A DNA stretch of 48,315 nt from a virus. Taxonomy: Duplodnaviria > Heunggongvirae > Uroviricota > Caudoviricetes. The notes below the pieces were generated by a model that worked only from the letters and a program-made list of their open reading frames with translations, searched no databases and was not told where the DNA came from. The stretch lies in the IMG/VR virus record IMGVR_UViG_2565956711_000009, positions 1 to 48,315 of that record; one strand, written 5' to 3'. The position numbers and the translations under genes are program-made. Positions 37,206 through 45,399 of this stretch are shown here, in pieces (position 1 is the first letter of the stretch; each line of letters opens with the position of its first letter).

Positions 37206-37321
37206 ATACAAAGCTGCGGCTGGTCTGATCGGCAAGGTGTTTTGGTCGGCGTATAGTTGGTGATTGGCTATGATTTGTCATTTCGATGGCGGCAAATCAA
37301 GCTAAAGCTTAGAATGAAGGT

Positions 37322-37906
37322 ATGAAAATGATTACAGGAATCGAAGCGCTAGCTTTACAGGCTACAGATATCCTTGCAGCCTCCAGGGCGGCGCAGCAAA
37401 TAGTTTCCCCACTTGCCAGAGCTAACTCGAGACTGGCACAGTCTGCCATGCCTGAAAATCCTGATGAAGTTAAGCACGCCTTAGATCGTGCCTCTATTGC
37501 GATTGCAGGTGTAGAGCGCAAATTAGTTGAGTGCAATGAAATAGTTAATTCATTAAACACACTTTCTGATGAAGATCTTCATTTCACCAATGAGTTTCTC
37601 ATTGAATTAAAGGTTAGGGCTGAAATGCTGACTGGGCACATAGAGAATTTACGCGATGTGTTTTCTCTAGTTGAAACGTCGAGCGCTTGGAAGCCTTACA
37701 TGCCATTGGTTTATGAAAAAAAACGCAAAGCAATTCGCTCTGTTTCTGATCTGCGAAATGCATATCTAAACATTGCTCTCCTGGCAGAGCAATTTGTCTC
37801 ACCCGTGCCGACCGTAAGCAGTAGTGTTGAGGGTAACTCAGAGGAATTTTCATCTGCACTCTCCGCATCACGCCAGCTGCTAAAAATCGGCTCGGAGTGG
37901 AGATAA
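37322..37906 (+). CDS. Unknown helical protein, first gene of cI-linked accessory operon
   Basis: 194 aa, no TM segments or recognised motifs; same strand as cI; stop overlaps next start (TAATG). Confidence 0.6.
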   Translation: MKMITGIEALALQATDILAASRAAQQIVSPLARANSRLAQSAMPENPDEVKHALDRASIAIAGVERKLVECNEIVNSLNTLSDEDLHFTNEFLIELKVRAEMLTGHIENLRDVFSLVETSSAWKPYMPLVYEKKRKAIRSVSDLRNAYLNIALLAEQFVSPVPTVSSSVEGNSEEFSSALSASRQLLKIGSEWR

Positions 37907-38316
37907 TGGCAAGAGTTAGTATCCATTCATCATTAAATAATTCGGCGTTTATACAAGGGCTTGCCAGAGAACTATCTCTTTATCTTAACGGCATCTCTTT
38001 ATCCGGACGCCTTGGAAGAAATGGCGGCTTTGAACGTAATAATTCAGCGCAAACATCCGGCATCCTCAAAATCCACTTCAAAGCACCAGGAGAAGGTTTT
38101 TGGACTGATGCTATGCGACAATCAACCAGAACGAGCAATAACTACATAGTATATGCGCGTCACTGGGATAAGGCTGATGCATTTCAAATCATCGCTGTGA
38201 TTGCACCAGACGCTCACGAAACGGCTGACGCACTCCTGCCCAGGATTATTGATATTACGGAACAAGATTTTCACTCGCTAAGTGAGAGTCAAATAGATCG
38301 CCTAGAACATTATTAA
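37906..38316 (+). CDS. Unknown protein with YoeB/RelE-like toxin-fold motifs
   Basis: 136 aa; segment KAPGEGFWTD...NNYIVYARHWDKADAFQIIAVIAPDAHE resembles recalled YoeB GFWSRRITEEHRLVYAV...LLIAACRYHY; unverified. Confidence 0.55.
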   Translation: MARVSIHSSLNNSAFIQGLARELSLYLNGISLSGRLGRNGGFERNNSAQTSGILKIHFKAPGEGFWTDAMRQSTRTSNNYIVYARHWDKADAFQIIAVIAPDAHETADALLPRIIDITEQDFHSLSESQIDRLEHY

Positions 38317-38340
38317 CCCGGCCACCGCGCCGGGTTTTTT
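38317..38340 (+). terminator. Rho-independent terminator ending the cI accessory operon
   Basis: CCCGGC-caccgc-GCCGGG followed by T6. Confidence 0.8.
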
Positions 38341-38344
38341 GTGC

Positions 38345-38554
38345 CTACTTCACAGCTTTACTACCCTTCCTGACTATCTCCGCCGCATCCCTGTTCACCC
38401 CCTTCCCTATCACGTTTCCCGTTTCCTTCCGGTACCGTTCCAGCTTGTCGATGATGTTTTGCTGGGTCATAGGTAAATCTGCCAGTGACAACTCCATGAC
38501 CGCCCGCCCCATGGCGTGAACCATCATGTTCACTCTTTCTTCATCCAAGTCCAT
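38345..38554 (-). CDS. Small hypothetical protein convergent with the cI operon
   Basis: 69 aa; strong AAGGAG RBS. Confidence 0.5.
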   Translation of the reverse strand: MDLDEERVNMMVHAMGRAVMELSLADLPMTQQNIIDKLERYRKETGNVIGKGVNRDAAEIVRKGSKAVK

Positions 38555-38620
38555 TACCCACTCCTTTTTGATGTTTTTTTCAGCATATCACGTGCCAAGC
38601 AAATCCATAACAAAACTAAA

Positions 38621-38705
38621 TTAACCAATAAATCATAACCTTAATAACCAACACAGAAATAATTAACCATTGGTTATTGACTGAAAATAACCATTAGTTA
38701 ATAAT
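38621..38705 (+). promoter_or_regulatory. pL-like early-left promoter with TAACC repeats and palindromic operator-like sites
   Basis: TTGACT(38677-38682)-17-AATAAT(38700-38705); palindromes TAACCA-T-TGGTTA (38664-38676) and TAACCA-T-TAGTTA (38688-38700); five same-orientation TAACC copies. Confidence 0.5.
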
Positions 38706-38751
38706 CAATCCATCGAAACGAAACATCGACAGCTGAGCGAAGTTAGCCAGC

Positions 38752-38782
38752 GGCGGACAGCAAGTCGCCTGCTTTTTAACAA
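38752..38782 (+). promoter_or_regulatory. Leader hairpin followed by rrn-type boxA-like element
   Basis: Hairpin GGCGGAC-agcaa-GTCGCC then TGCTTTTTAACAA (one mismatch to rrn boxA TGCTCTTTAACAA). Confidence 0.4.
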
Positions 38783-39006
38783 CATGCAAAGTCGGAACAG
38801 CACTCAGTAATCCTGTTTAGACCCCAACGTACAAATTCGGCGCAGCACCGGGCGCGATCCGGTCGGTGTGAGGCTACCACCTCGCGAGAGCGATAAAGGC
38901 GTGGGAACGGGCAACACTGGCGGGATGAGAGGTGCGAAGCGCAAACAGATTTATTCCAGTCCATTCGAAGTTGAGTGGGCTGGGCTGAATCACAAGAGGA
39001 TTTTTT

Positions 39007-39219
39007 ATGACTCAGACATACATTCCGGCGTGTTTAAGAGACCTTCCTAAGAAGCGTCAGAAGCCACGCAAACAGGCGATTAAAGAAGCGCAAGTGGAAG
39101 TTCTGAATAAGGCAATCGCATCGATAAAAGACGATATGCGTGCGTTCAAAACAGAAGAGCAGCGTCGCGGTCATTACCAGGCGATCAGCACACTCTCACA
39201 GATTCGTGATGAGTTGTAG
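39007..39219 (+). CDS. Small basic protein, first gene of early-left operon
   Basis: 70 aa with basic patch KKRQKPRKQ; AAGAGGA RBS. Confidence 0.5.
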   Translation: MTQTYIPACLRDLPKKRQKPRKQAIKEAQVEVLNKAIASIKDDMRAFKTEEQRRGHYQAISTLSQIRDEL

Positions 39220-39244
39220 AAGCTGATAGATAAAGCATTTCTCC

Positions 39245-39260
39245 CGCATCAGCGGGTAAC
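39245..39260 (+). repeat. Conserved intercistronic stem-loop 16-mer, copy 1
   Basis: CGCATCAGCGGGTAAC forming CCCGC-auca-GCGGG, upstream of next start codon. Confidence 0.6.
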
Positions 39261-39276
39261 TAAGTGGAGAGTACGT

Positions 39277-39465
39277 ATGCACAAGTGTCAATTCTGTGGG
39301 TACTTTCTGGCATCTGAAGAGATGCAGAGAATATCTGTAAACATGGTTGGCAGGCCTTACAACATCTGCATTCCATGCTCAGAAAAGTACAAAAAGAAAG
39401 GCCTGTGGGATTCGGCAAAAAACGATATCGACTGGAAATCACTTCCATGCGTCGATGAGACATAA
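39277..39465 (+). CDS. Small zinc-ribbon protein
   Basis: 62 aa with CQFC...CIPC. Confidence 0.5.
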   Translation: MHKCQFCGYFLASEEMQRISVNMVGRPYNICIPCSEKYKKKGLWDSAKNDIDWKSLPCVDET

Positions 39466-39466
39466 C

Positions 39467-39482
39467 CGCATCAGCGGGTAAC
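39467..39482 (+). repeat. Conserved intercistronic stem-loop 16-mer, copy 2
   Basis: Identical CGCATCAGCGGGTAAC 222 bp after copy 1. Confidence 0.6.
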
Positions 39483-39498
39483 GACAGAGGGTAAGTCA

Positions 39499-40167
39499 AT
39501 GATTCGTCTTAACAACGAAATTAAAAATCAGCTATGCCATAACCTGCTTCTCGCATCCCCATTGTTTGAGAAAGCGAAAGCTGCGGTTAATGAGAGGGCG
39601 AAAATTGTTGAAGAAATTCGACAGGCATTGCTCAAGCAGGAAAACACTAGCGATGAGCAAATAACTAAGGCTCGGGAAGATTTCAAAGATAACTCCTTCA
39701 TCAAGATGCAGGTCGGCGCTAAAACTGCAACTTTAAAGGTCATTATTAATGGTGAGTATCACGAATTAGCCAGGAACGGTTTGGATCATCGCTATCGCCA
39801 CCGTGGAAAACATATTGGTAAGCACGATCTTGAAAGCGACCTGTTCTTCGGAGCTTCCTTCGCGCCTGTAATTGATTCGGGTTTCGTTCCTGAAAGTTAC
39901 AGCACGCTGAAGAAAGTTGGAAAATTACACGACCGACTCACTGAATCGACGGTAACCATCAACGTTCTTTACGATGAAGTTGATGCCTTCCAATTGCAGG
40001 TTAAAGGTGCTCTAACCAAAGTCTCAACTGTTAAAAAACTGGCTGAGATGTGGCCTGAGGCAGTGCCATATTTGCCTGAGGTGGAACGCCGTGAAGCGAC
40101 CAGCACCGCACTTGCCATTCCCGTTGAAACGCTAAACGCCCTTTGCGGCATACCAAAGAATGAATGA
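39499..40167 (+). CDS. Hypothetical protein, unknown function
   Basis: 222 aa; GAGGG RBS; followed by terminator. Confidence 0.55.
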   Translation: MIRLNNEIKNQLCHNLLLASPLFEKAKAAVNERAKIVEEIRQALLKQENTSDEQITKAREDFKDNSFIKMQVGAKTATLKVIINGEYHELARNGLDHRYRHRGKHIGKHDLESDLFFGASFAPVIDSGFVPESYSTLKKVGKLHDRLTESTVTINVLYDEVDAFQLQVKGALTKVSTVKKLAEMWPEAVPYLPEVERREATSTALAIPVETLNALCGIPKNE

Positions 40168-40187
40168 CCCGCTCCGGCGGGTTTTTT
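40168..40187 (+). terminator. Rho-independent terminator
   Basis: CCCGC-tccg-GCGGG followed by T6. Confidence 0.75.
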
Positions 40188-40310
40188 ATCGGCCATACAT
40201 AGGCAGATTTTCGAGTCTGCCCATTTATGACAATCGGCGGTCATCCACCGCCCATAAGCGCAGAAGTCTTTGTTAACGTTCAGCGGCGCGGCTTAAGCGC
40301 GGAGATGATT

Positions 40311-40820
40311 ATGACTCTTATCGAATTGACCAAAAAGAAAATGGCAATTGAAGCCGAACTGGCTCAGTTGAAGGCGAAGTTTGTTGATGACACCTCACGC
40401 ATCGGTAAAGAGCTGATTGCCGTGTCTGAAGGTATCAACCAGGCCAATAAAGGCCTAACGGTTGAGATGGTTAAGCATGGCATGACGATCATTAACTTCG
40501 GTGACCCGAAACAAAGCATGGAGCGGCGCGGGTGTGTTGAAGACGCGATTAACGACATTGCGTCGGGGTTCACCCGTCTGAGCAAGCGTTATTTTGGCAC
40601 AAAAAACTACGCCCATTGGAGTGATCAGCGCGAAGACCATCGTTATGGATATGGCCCTAAACACGGTTCTATCTGCTTCAGAATCGGCTTAACTGGCACC
40701 GCACTTAATAAGCTGGCAAGCGGCGGGTTGAGTGATTACGACGCTGAATGCGCAATCTACTGCCTGATGAACATTGACTCCATTAATGCGGCAAATGCCA
40801 AAGCCCGGGAGGCATCATGA
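40311..40820 (+). CDS. Hypothetical protein with N-terminal coiled coil (possibly Gp157-like)
   Basis: About 169 aa from MTLIELTKKKMAIEAELAQLKAK; GGAG RBS; family from weak recollection. Confidence 0.45.
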   Translation: MTLIELTKKKMAIEAELAQLKAKFVDDTSRIGKELIAVSEGINQANKGLTVEMVKHGMTIINFGDPKQSMERRGCVEDAINDIASGFTRLSKRYFGTKNYAHWSDQREDHRYGYGPKHGSICFRIGLTGTALNKLASGGLSDYDAECAIYCLMNIDSINAANAKAREAS

Positions 40821-40975
40821 AAGTCACCCACAACGGCAAGCAGTACACCGCCAAAAAGCTCAACGATAACGAGTGGCAGCTGACGTCGGTATCTGCACCG
40901 CGTGAAAAGTTGGTACTTAACCGCTGGCAGATGCATATGGCTGGCCTCCTGGTACAGGTTGAGGTGAAGGTATGA
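40817..40975 (+). CDS. Small hypothetical protein
   Basis: 52-aa ORF below the track cutoff (MKVTHNGKQYTAKKLNDNEWQL...); GGGAGG RBS; ATGA overlaps at both ends. Confidence 0.4.
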   Translation: MKVTHNGKQYTAKKLNDNEWQLTSVSAPREKLVLNRWQMHMAGLLVQVEVKV

Positions 40976-41478
40976 TGCGAAAGCACAAGTTGCCAAGTGC
41001 TGAGGAGATAGATTCCTTGCTGGATTACAACCCTGAAACCGGAGTATTTACGTGGAAAGTGACGAAATCAGGATGGGTTGTAAAGGGGCGGCCTGCTGGT
41101 TCAAAAAACAATAATGGCTATCTCCGAGTTGGTATTGGAAGAAGGCACTACTTCCTTTCTCGAATCGCATTTTTCTTATGCACCGGGGAATCACCTGAAG
41201 AAGTAGACCATATCAATGGTGACAGAACAGATAACAGGGCGTGCAACTTAAGAGCCGCAAGCCGTCATGAAAACTGCCTCAATAAGTCGGTAAGAAGCGA
41301 CAGCAGGACTGGTGTAAAGGGCGTCTCATGGCGACCGGATGTTAAAAAATGGTCTGCACGATCAACTGATTCATCGGGGAAGAGAGTGTTTTTAGGTTAC
41401 TACCGCACCATCAGAGATGCGGTGGCTGTCCTTAATGATTTTCGGAGAGAACAGCATGGTGAGTTTGCAAAAAATTAG
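40972..41478 (+). CDS. HNH homing-type endonuclease with AP2-like domain
   Basis: YLRVGIGRRHYFLSRIAFFL...VDHINGDRTDNRACNLR...HEN motifs. Confidence 0.75.
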   Translation: MMRKHKLPSAEEIDSLLDYNPETGVFTWKVTKSGWVVKGRPAGSKNNNGYLRVGIGRRHYFLSRIAFFLCTGESPEEVDHINGDRTDNRACNLRAASRHENCLNKSVRSDSRTGVKGVSWRPDVKKWSARSTDSSGKRVFLGYYRTIRDAVAVLNDFRREQHGEFAKN

Positions 41479-41689
41479 CAGCAACTTGCACTACGGCACC
41501 ACCCCGCTCATTCGCCAGTGCGTCACGCCAGGCATGATGGCATTGCATGAAGGCCGCACCTATCGCGTCTCAGCAGTCATTCAGGAGCGCAAATGGGTGT
41601 ACCTGCACACCGATGCAGAAATTATCCGCCTCAGTGACTGCGTGATTGACGTCCTTCTGGACGGTCACGGAAACCCTATCCAGCACTAA
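41456..41689 (+). CDS. Small hypothetical protein
   Basis: About 77 aa from MVSLQKISSNLH; overlaps HNH gene end. Confidence 0.35.
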   Translation: MVSLQKISSNLHYGTTPLIRQCVTPGMMALHEGRTYRVSAVIQERKWVYLHTDAEIIRLSDCVIDVLLDGHGNPIQH

Positions 41690-41758
41690 CCACCCTATTC
41701 ATCCGATCGGCCTGGCTTCTGCGGGCGGGATCTGCACATCCAAATTTCAGGAGAAACC

Positions 41759-42730
41759 ATGAGCGAAGTAACGGACTTAACTGTCATCGAAATCAAGCCG
41801 GAACAGGCCCCAGTGCTTTACGTAGCGGGCGGCCTTGACGCGTACCTTGAGCAAATCCGCCAGGCTGTAAACGAAGTGCCGGACCTGTCCACGAAGAAAG
41901 GCCGTGACCGTGTTGCCTCTCTGGCAGCGCAGGTGTCCCGCAGCAAGACGGCAATCGAAAAGCCGGGCCGTGAGTACCTGAAGCGCCTGAAAGAGGCTGT
42001 GCGTCCGGCTGAGGCCGAAATTAAGCGATTCGTTGATGCCTGCGACGAGCTGCGCGATGCGACCCGCCGCCCACTCACCGAATGGGAAGCCGAGCAGGAA
42101 CGCATTAAGGCTGAAGAAGCCATGAACGCGATGCACGCCGAAGCGCTGGAGATGAACATCAGGTTCGATCAGGAGCTGGCTGCCAAGTTCGAAGCGGACC
42201 ACGAAATGGCTCTACTGATGAACAAGGATTTTGACCGTGACCGCGAAGAGCAGCGCCGTCTGGCGGAACAGGCTCAGCGTGAACGTGATGAGCGGCTGAA
42301 ACAGGAAGCGGCAGAACAAGCCCGCCGCGATGCCGAAGCGAAGCACAAAGCGGAGATTGAAGCCGCAGCGCGCCGTGAAGCCGAAGAGAAAGCCCGCGCT
42401 GAACTGGCGGAGCGCCAGCGCGTCGAAGCGGAACAGCGTGCAGCTCGCGAGAAGCAGGAAGCGGAAGCCCGGGCGGAACGCGAAAAAGCCGCGGCGGTTG
42501 AAGCCGAGCGCCTGAAGGCCAAACAGGCCGAAGATGCCCGCCTGGCCGAAGAGAAGCGCCTCGCCGATGAGCAGGCAAAGCGTGAAGCTGACGTTAAGCA
42601 CCGCAAGACGGTCGGCACCAACATCGTTAACGCGCTCACCAGCCAAACCAGCTTAACCCGCGAGCAGGCTATCGAAGTGCTTACCGCTCTGAAAGATAAC
42701 CTGATCCCCTGCGCGAAAATTCATTACTGA
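41759..42730 (+). CDS. Coiled-coil protein with Ala/Glu/Arg/Lys-rich repeats
   Basis: 323 aa; low-complexity central region; AGGAGA RBS; upstream of gam-bet-exo. Confidence 0.55.
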   Translation: MSEVTDLTVIEIKPEQAPVLYVAGGLDAYLEQIRQAVNEVPDLSTKKGRDRVASLAAQVSRSKTAIEKPGREYLKRLKEAVRPAEAEIKRFVDACDELRDATRRPLTEWEAEQERIKAEEAMNAMHAEALEMNIRFDQELAAKFEADHEMALLMNKDFDRDREEQRRLAEQAQRERDERLKQEAAEQARRDAEAKHKAEIEAAARREAEEKARAELAERQRVEAEQRAAREKQEAEARAEREKAAAVEAERLKAKQAEDARLAEEKRLADEQAKREADVKHRKTVGTNIVNALTSQTSLTREQAIEVLTALKDNLIPCAKIHY

Positions 42731-42737
42731 GGCAACC

Positions 42738-43022
42738 ATGAACGCATACCTCACTTACGACCGCATCGAAGATCGGCGCTGGGCTGAGCAGCAGATCACC
42801 GACGAGAAAGAGAAGTGGATCGACGACCGGGCGCAGAAAATCATCGACATGATGCCTAAAGAGCCGTCCGGCCTCTTCCACTTCACGATCCCGATAGACT
42901 CCAGCCCATACGAAGGGCTTCGCAGCGATAAAGCTGGCGAGGCCTACAACGATTTCATTTCGGCAGTTGCTTACGCCCAGGCGGAATACGACTGGGAACA
43001 CCGTACCGGCTGCCCGTTTTAA
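42738..43022 (+). CDS. gam: Gam-like host nuclease (RecBCD) inhibitor
   Basis: N-terminus MNAYLTYDRIEDRRWAEQQ resembles recalled lambda Gam short form [21 protein letters not shown]; directly upstream of bet. Confidence 0.55.
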   Translation: MNAYLTYDRIEDRRWAEQQITDEKEKWIDDRAQKIIDMMPKEPSGLFHFTIPIDSSPYEGLRSDKAGEAYNDFISAVAYAQAEYDWEHRTGCPF

Positions 43023-43040
43023 TTTTTGAGGGATTTAACA

Positions 43041-43787
43041 ATGAGTACAGCACTTTCCACCATGGCCGGGAAACTGGCCGCACGCCTCGGCATGGATGCC
43101 GGTACAGACCTGATGAATACGCTGAAGAATACAGCGTTCAAAGGTGGCAACGTCACGGACGAGCAATTTACAGCCCTGCTAATCGTCGCCAACCAGTACG
43201 GCCTGAACCCATGGACCAAAGAGATTTATGCCTTTCCAGATAAAGGCGGGATTGTCCCGGTCGTCGGCGTTGATGGATGGGCTCGCATTATCAACGAACA
43301 TCCTCAGTTTGACGGCATGGAATTCTCTTACGACAAGGAGGAAGGCGCGTGTACCTGCAAGATTTACCGCAAAGACCGTAAGCACCCGACCATCGTCACC
43401 GAGTACATGGGAGAGTGCAAACGCAACACTCAGCCATGGCAGTCCCACCCTACCCGCATGCTTCGCCACAAGACGCTGATCCAGTGCGCGCGTCTGGCCT
43501 TTGGTTTCGCTGGCATCTTCGACCAGGACGAGGCAGAGCGAGTAATTGAAGGAACAACGGCAGAGGTTCATGCGGGCCATGAATCAGATAGCCGCCGCCC
43601 GGAACTGATCGCAAAAGGTGAGTCCGCCGCGCGCCTTGGAACCGTTAAGTATCAGGAGTTCTGGGTGGCGCTGAGCGCCGAAGAGAAACAGGTGATCGGC
43701 GCAGTTGAGAAACGACGCATGTATGACATGAGTCTTGCTGTCGACAACGCCGAACCTGTCAATGTCGCAGAGACGGAGGCTGAATGA
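43041..43787 (+). CDS. bet: Bet (Red-beta) single-strand annealing recombinase
   Basis: MSTALSTMAGKLAARLGMD...LLIVANQYGLNPWTKEIYAFPDK...PVVGVDGW...MLRHKTLIQCARLAFGFAGI matches recalled lambda Bet. Confidence 0.9.
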   Translation: MSTALSTMAGKLAARLGMDAGTDLMNTLKNTAFKGGNVTDEQFTALLIVANQYGLNPWTKEIYAFPDKGGIVPVVGVDGWARIINEHPQFDGMEFSYDKEEGACTCKIYRKDRKHPTIVTEYMGECKRNTQPWQSHPTRMLRHKTLIQCARLAFGFAGIFDQDEAERVIEGTTAEVHAGHESDSRRPELIAKGESAARLGTVKYQEFWVALSAEEKQVIGAVEKRRMYDMSLAVDNAEPVNVAETEAE

Positions 43788-44401
43788 TAGAGCAACGCAC
43801 CCCTGAATGGTTTGCTGCGCGCTGCGGCAAGGTCACAGCCAGTCGCCTGGCTGATGTCATGGCCCGGACTAAGTCGGGCTACTCCACCAGCCGCCAGAAC
43901 TACATGGCCGAGCTGATTTGCCAACGGCTGACCGGGAAGCTGGAGGAAGGGTTTTCGAATGCCGCGATGATGCGCGGCACTGAACTTGAGCCAGTGGCAC
44001 GCGAAATGTACGCGCTGAATGAGTTCAATGCGGCAATCACTGAAGTTGGACTCATCGATCACCCAACCATACCCGGATTCGCAGCCAGCCCGGACGGACT
44101 TGTCAACGACGACGGGCTTATCGAAATCAAATGCCCCAACACCTGGACCCATCTTGAAACGCTGAAAACTGGTGAGCCAAAGCGCCAGTACATGCTGCAA
44201 ATGCATGCACAGATGATGTGCACCGGGCGGAAATGGTGTGATTTCGTTAGTTTCGATGATCGCCTGCCGCCTGACCTCGCCTATTTCAAGAAGCGGATTC
44301 ATTTCGATGAAGAGCTGGCGCGCGAAATCGAATCTGAGGTTAAGAGCTTCCTTGCAGATCTGGAATCTGAAATTCAGAAAATCACAGAGCGTGCAGCATG
44401 A
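43784..44401 (+). CDS. YqaJ-type recombination exonuclease
   Basis: 205 aa; ATGA-coupled to bet; not lambda Exo-like in sequence. Confidence 0.7.
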   Translation: MIEQRTPEWFAARCGKVTASRLADVMARTKSGYSTSRQNYMAELICQRLTGKLEEGFSNAAMMRGTELEPVAREMYALNEFNAAITEVGLIDHPTIPGFAASPDGLVNDDGLIEIKCPNTWTHLETLKTGEPKRQYMLQMHAQMMCTGRKWCDFVSFDDRLPPDLAYFKKRIHFDEELAREIESEVKSFLADLESEIQKITERAA

Positions 44402-44492
44402 AGGCACTCATCACCCGGGAGCTTAAAGCTCCTTTTTTATTGCTGGCGTTCACCTTCAACCGAATTAACCGACAGTTCCGGGAGCATTGACC

Positions 44493-44716
44493 ATGGACAT
44501 CATCGATACCGCAGCAGAGATTGAAGAGCTTCAGCGTAACGCTGCCCTTTCCGCTCACCGCATCGACCACAGCGCAGTATCAGCTGAGCATTGTGAAGAA
44601 TGCGACGAACCAATTCCCGAGCCGAGCCGCGCCGCGCTGCCGTTCCCGGCTGCAAGACGTGCTCCAGTTGCCAGGAAGAAATCGAATTGAGGAATAAGCA
44701 GAGGGGGATCCAGTGA
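44493..44716 (+). pseudogene. TraR/DksA-type zinc-finger gene (lambda orf73-like) with apparent frameshift
   Basis: Frame 0 gives HCEECDEPIPE...ALPFPAARR* (stop 44690); second Cys pair GCKTCSSCQEEIE is in the -1 frame ending 44716. Confidence 0.5.
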
Positions 44717-44727
44717 AAGATCGTGGA

Positions 44728-45399
44728 ATGATTTTTAATGAGTATCAGGTGCGCGCCTTGCTTGATGGCAGCATGACGCAGGTTCGGCGCCCTATCAAAT
44801 GGCGTCATACTCGGGCTACTGAAATTGCAGAGCGCGACGACGGAAGCATGTGGCCATGGAGCGAAGATGAGGAGCACGTGTGCGATTACTGGCATCCATG
44901 TCCATTCGGTGCAGTTGGCGATGCGATTTATGTCAGAGAGTCATTTTCACGGCTCGACGCATTTAACTTCTTTGATCCGGCAGTTCCTCAAGAAGTCCCG
45001 GACTTCTGGTATTGGGCCGATGGTGAGCCAGAATGGGGAGACTGGACACGTCCACAATCTGGCGCAGTAATGCCTCGCGCCGCCAGCCGAATCACCCTGG
45101 AGATAACCGGCATCCGAGTCGAGAAACTTCAGACGGCTAATGAATCAGACTTGCTGAATGACCTTGGCGACATGCTCGAACACTGCGAAACCGTAGCTGG
45201 ACGAGCCTTCAACCATGCCGAGCATTATGCGATCGCTGGCGTTCCGGTAGGGCTGTGTCCAGAAATGCACGGCTTTAAAGCGTGGTGGGATAAGGCCAAT
45301 GGCGAAGGTAGCTTCGACTCCAACCCTTGGGTCTGGGTAATCGAATTTAAGGTGGTGCCCAATGTTCCAGCTAATTCAACGGGGTCAGATTTACGCTGA
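44728..45399 (+). CDS. ASCH/PUA-like domain protein
   Basis: N-terminus MIFNEYQVRALLDGSMTQVRRPI resembles ASCH-domain signature; 223 aa. Confidence 0.5.
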   Translation: MIFNEYQVRALLDGSMTQVRRPIKWRHTRATEIAERDDGSMWPWSEDEEHVCDYWHPCPFGAVGDAIYVRESFSRLDAFNFFDPAVPQEVPDFWYWADGEPEWGDWTRPQSGAVMPRAASRITLEITGIRVEKLQTANESDLLNDLGDMLEHCETVAGRAFNHAEHYAIAGVPVGLCPEMHGFKAWWDKANGEGSFDSNPWVWVIEFKVVPNVPANSTGSDLR

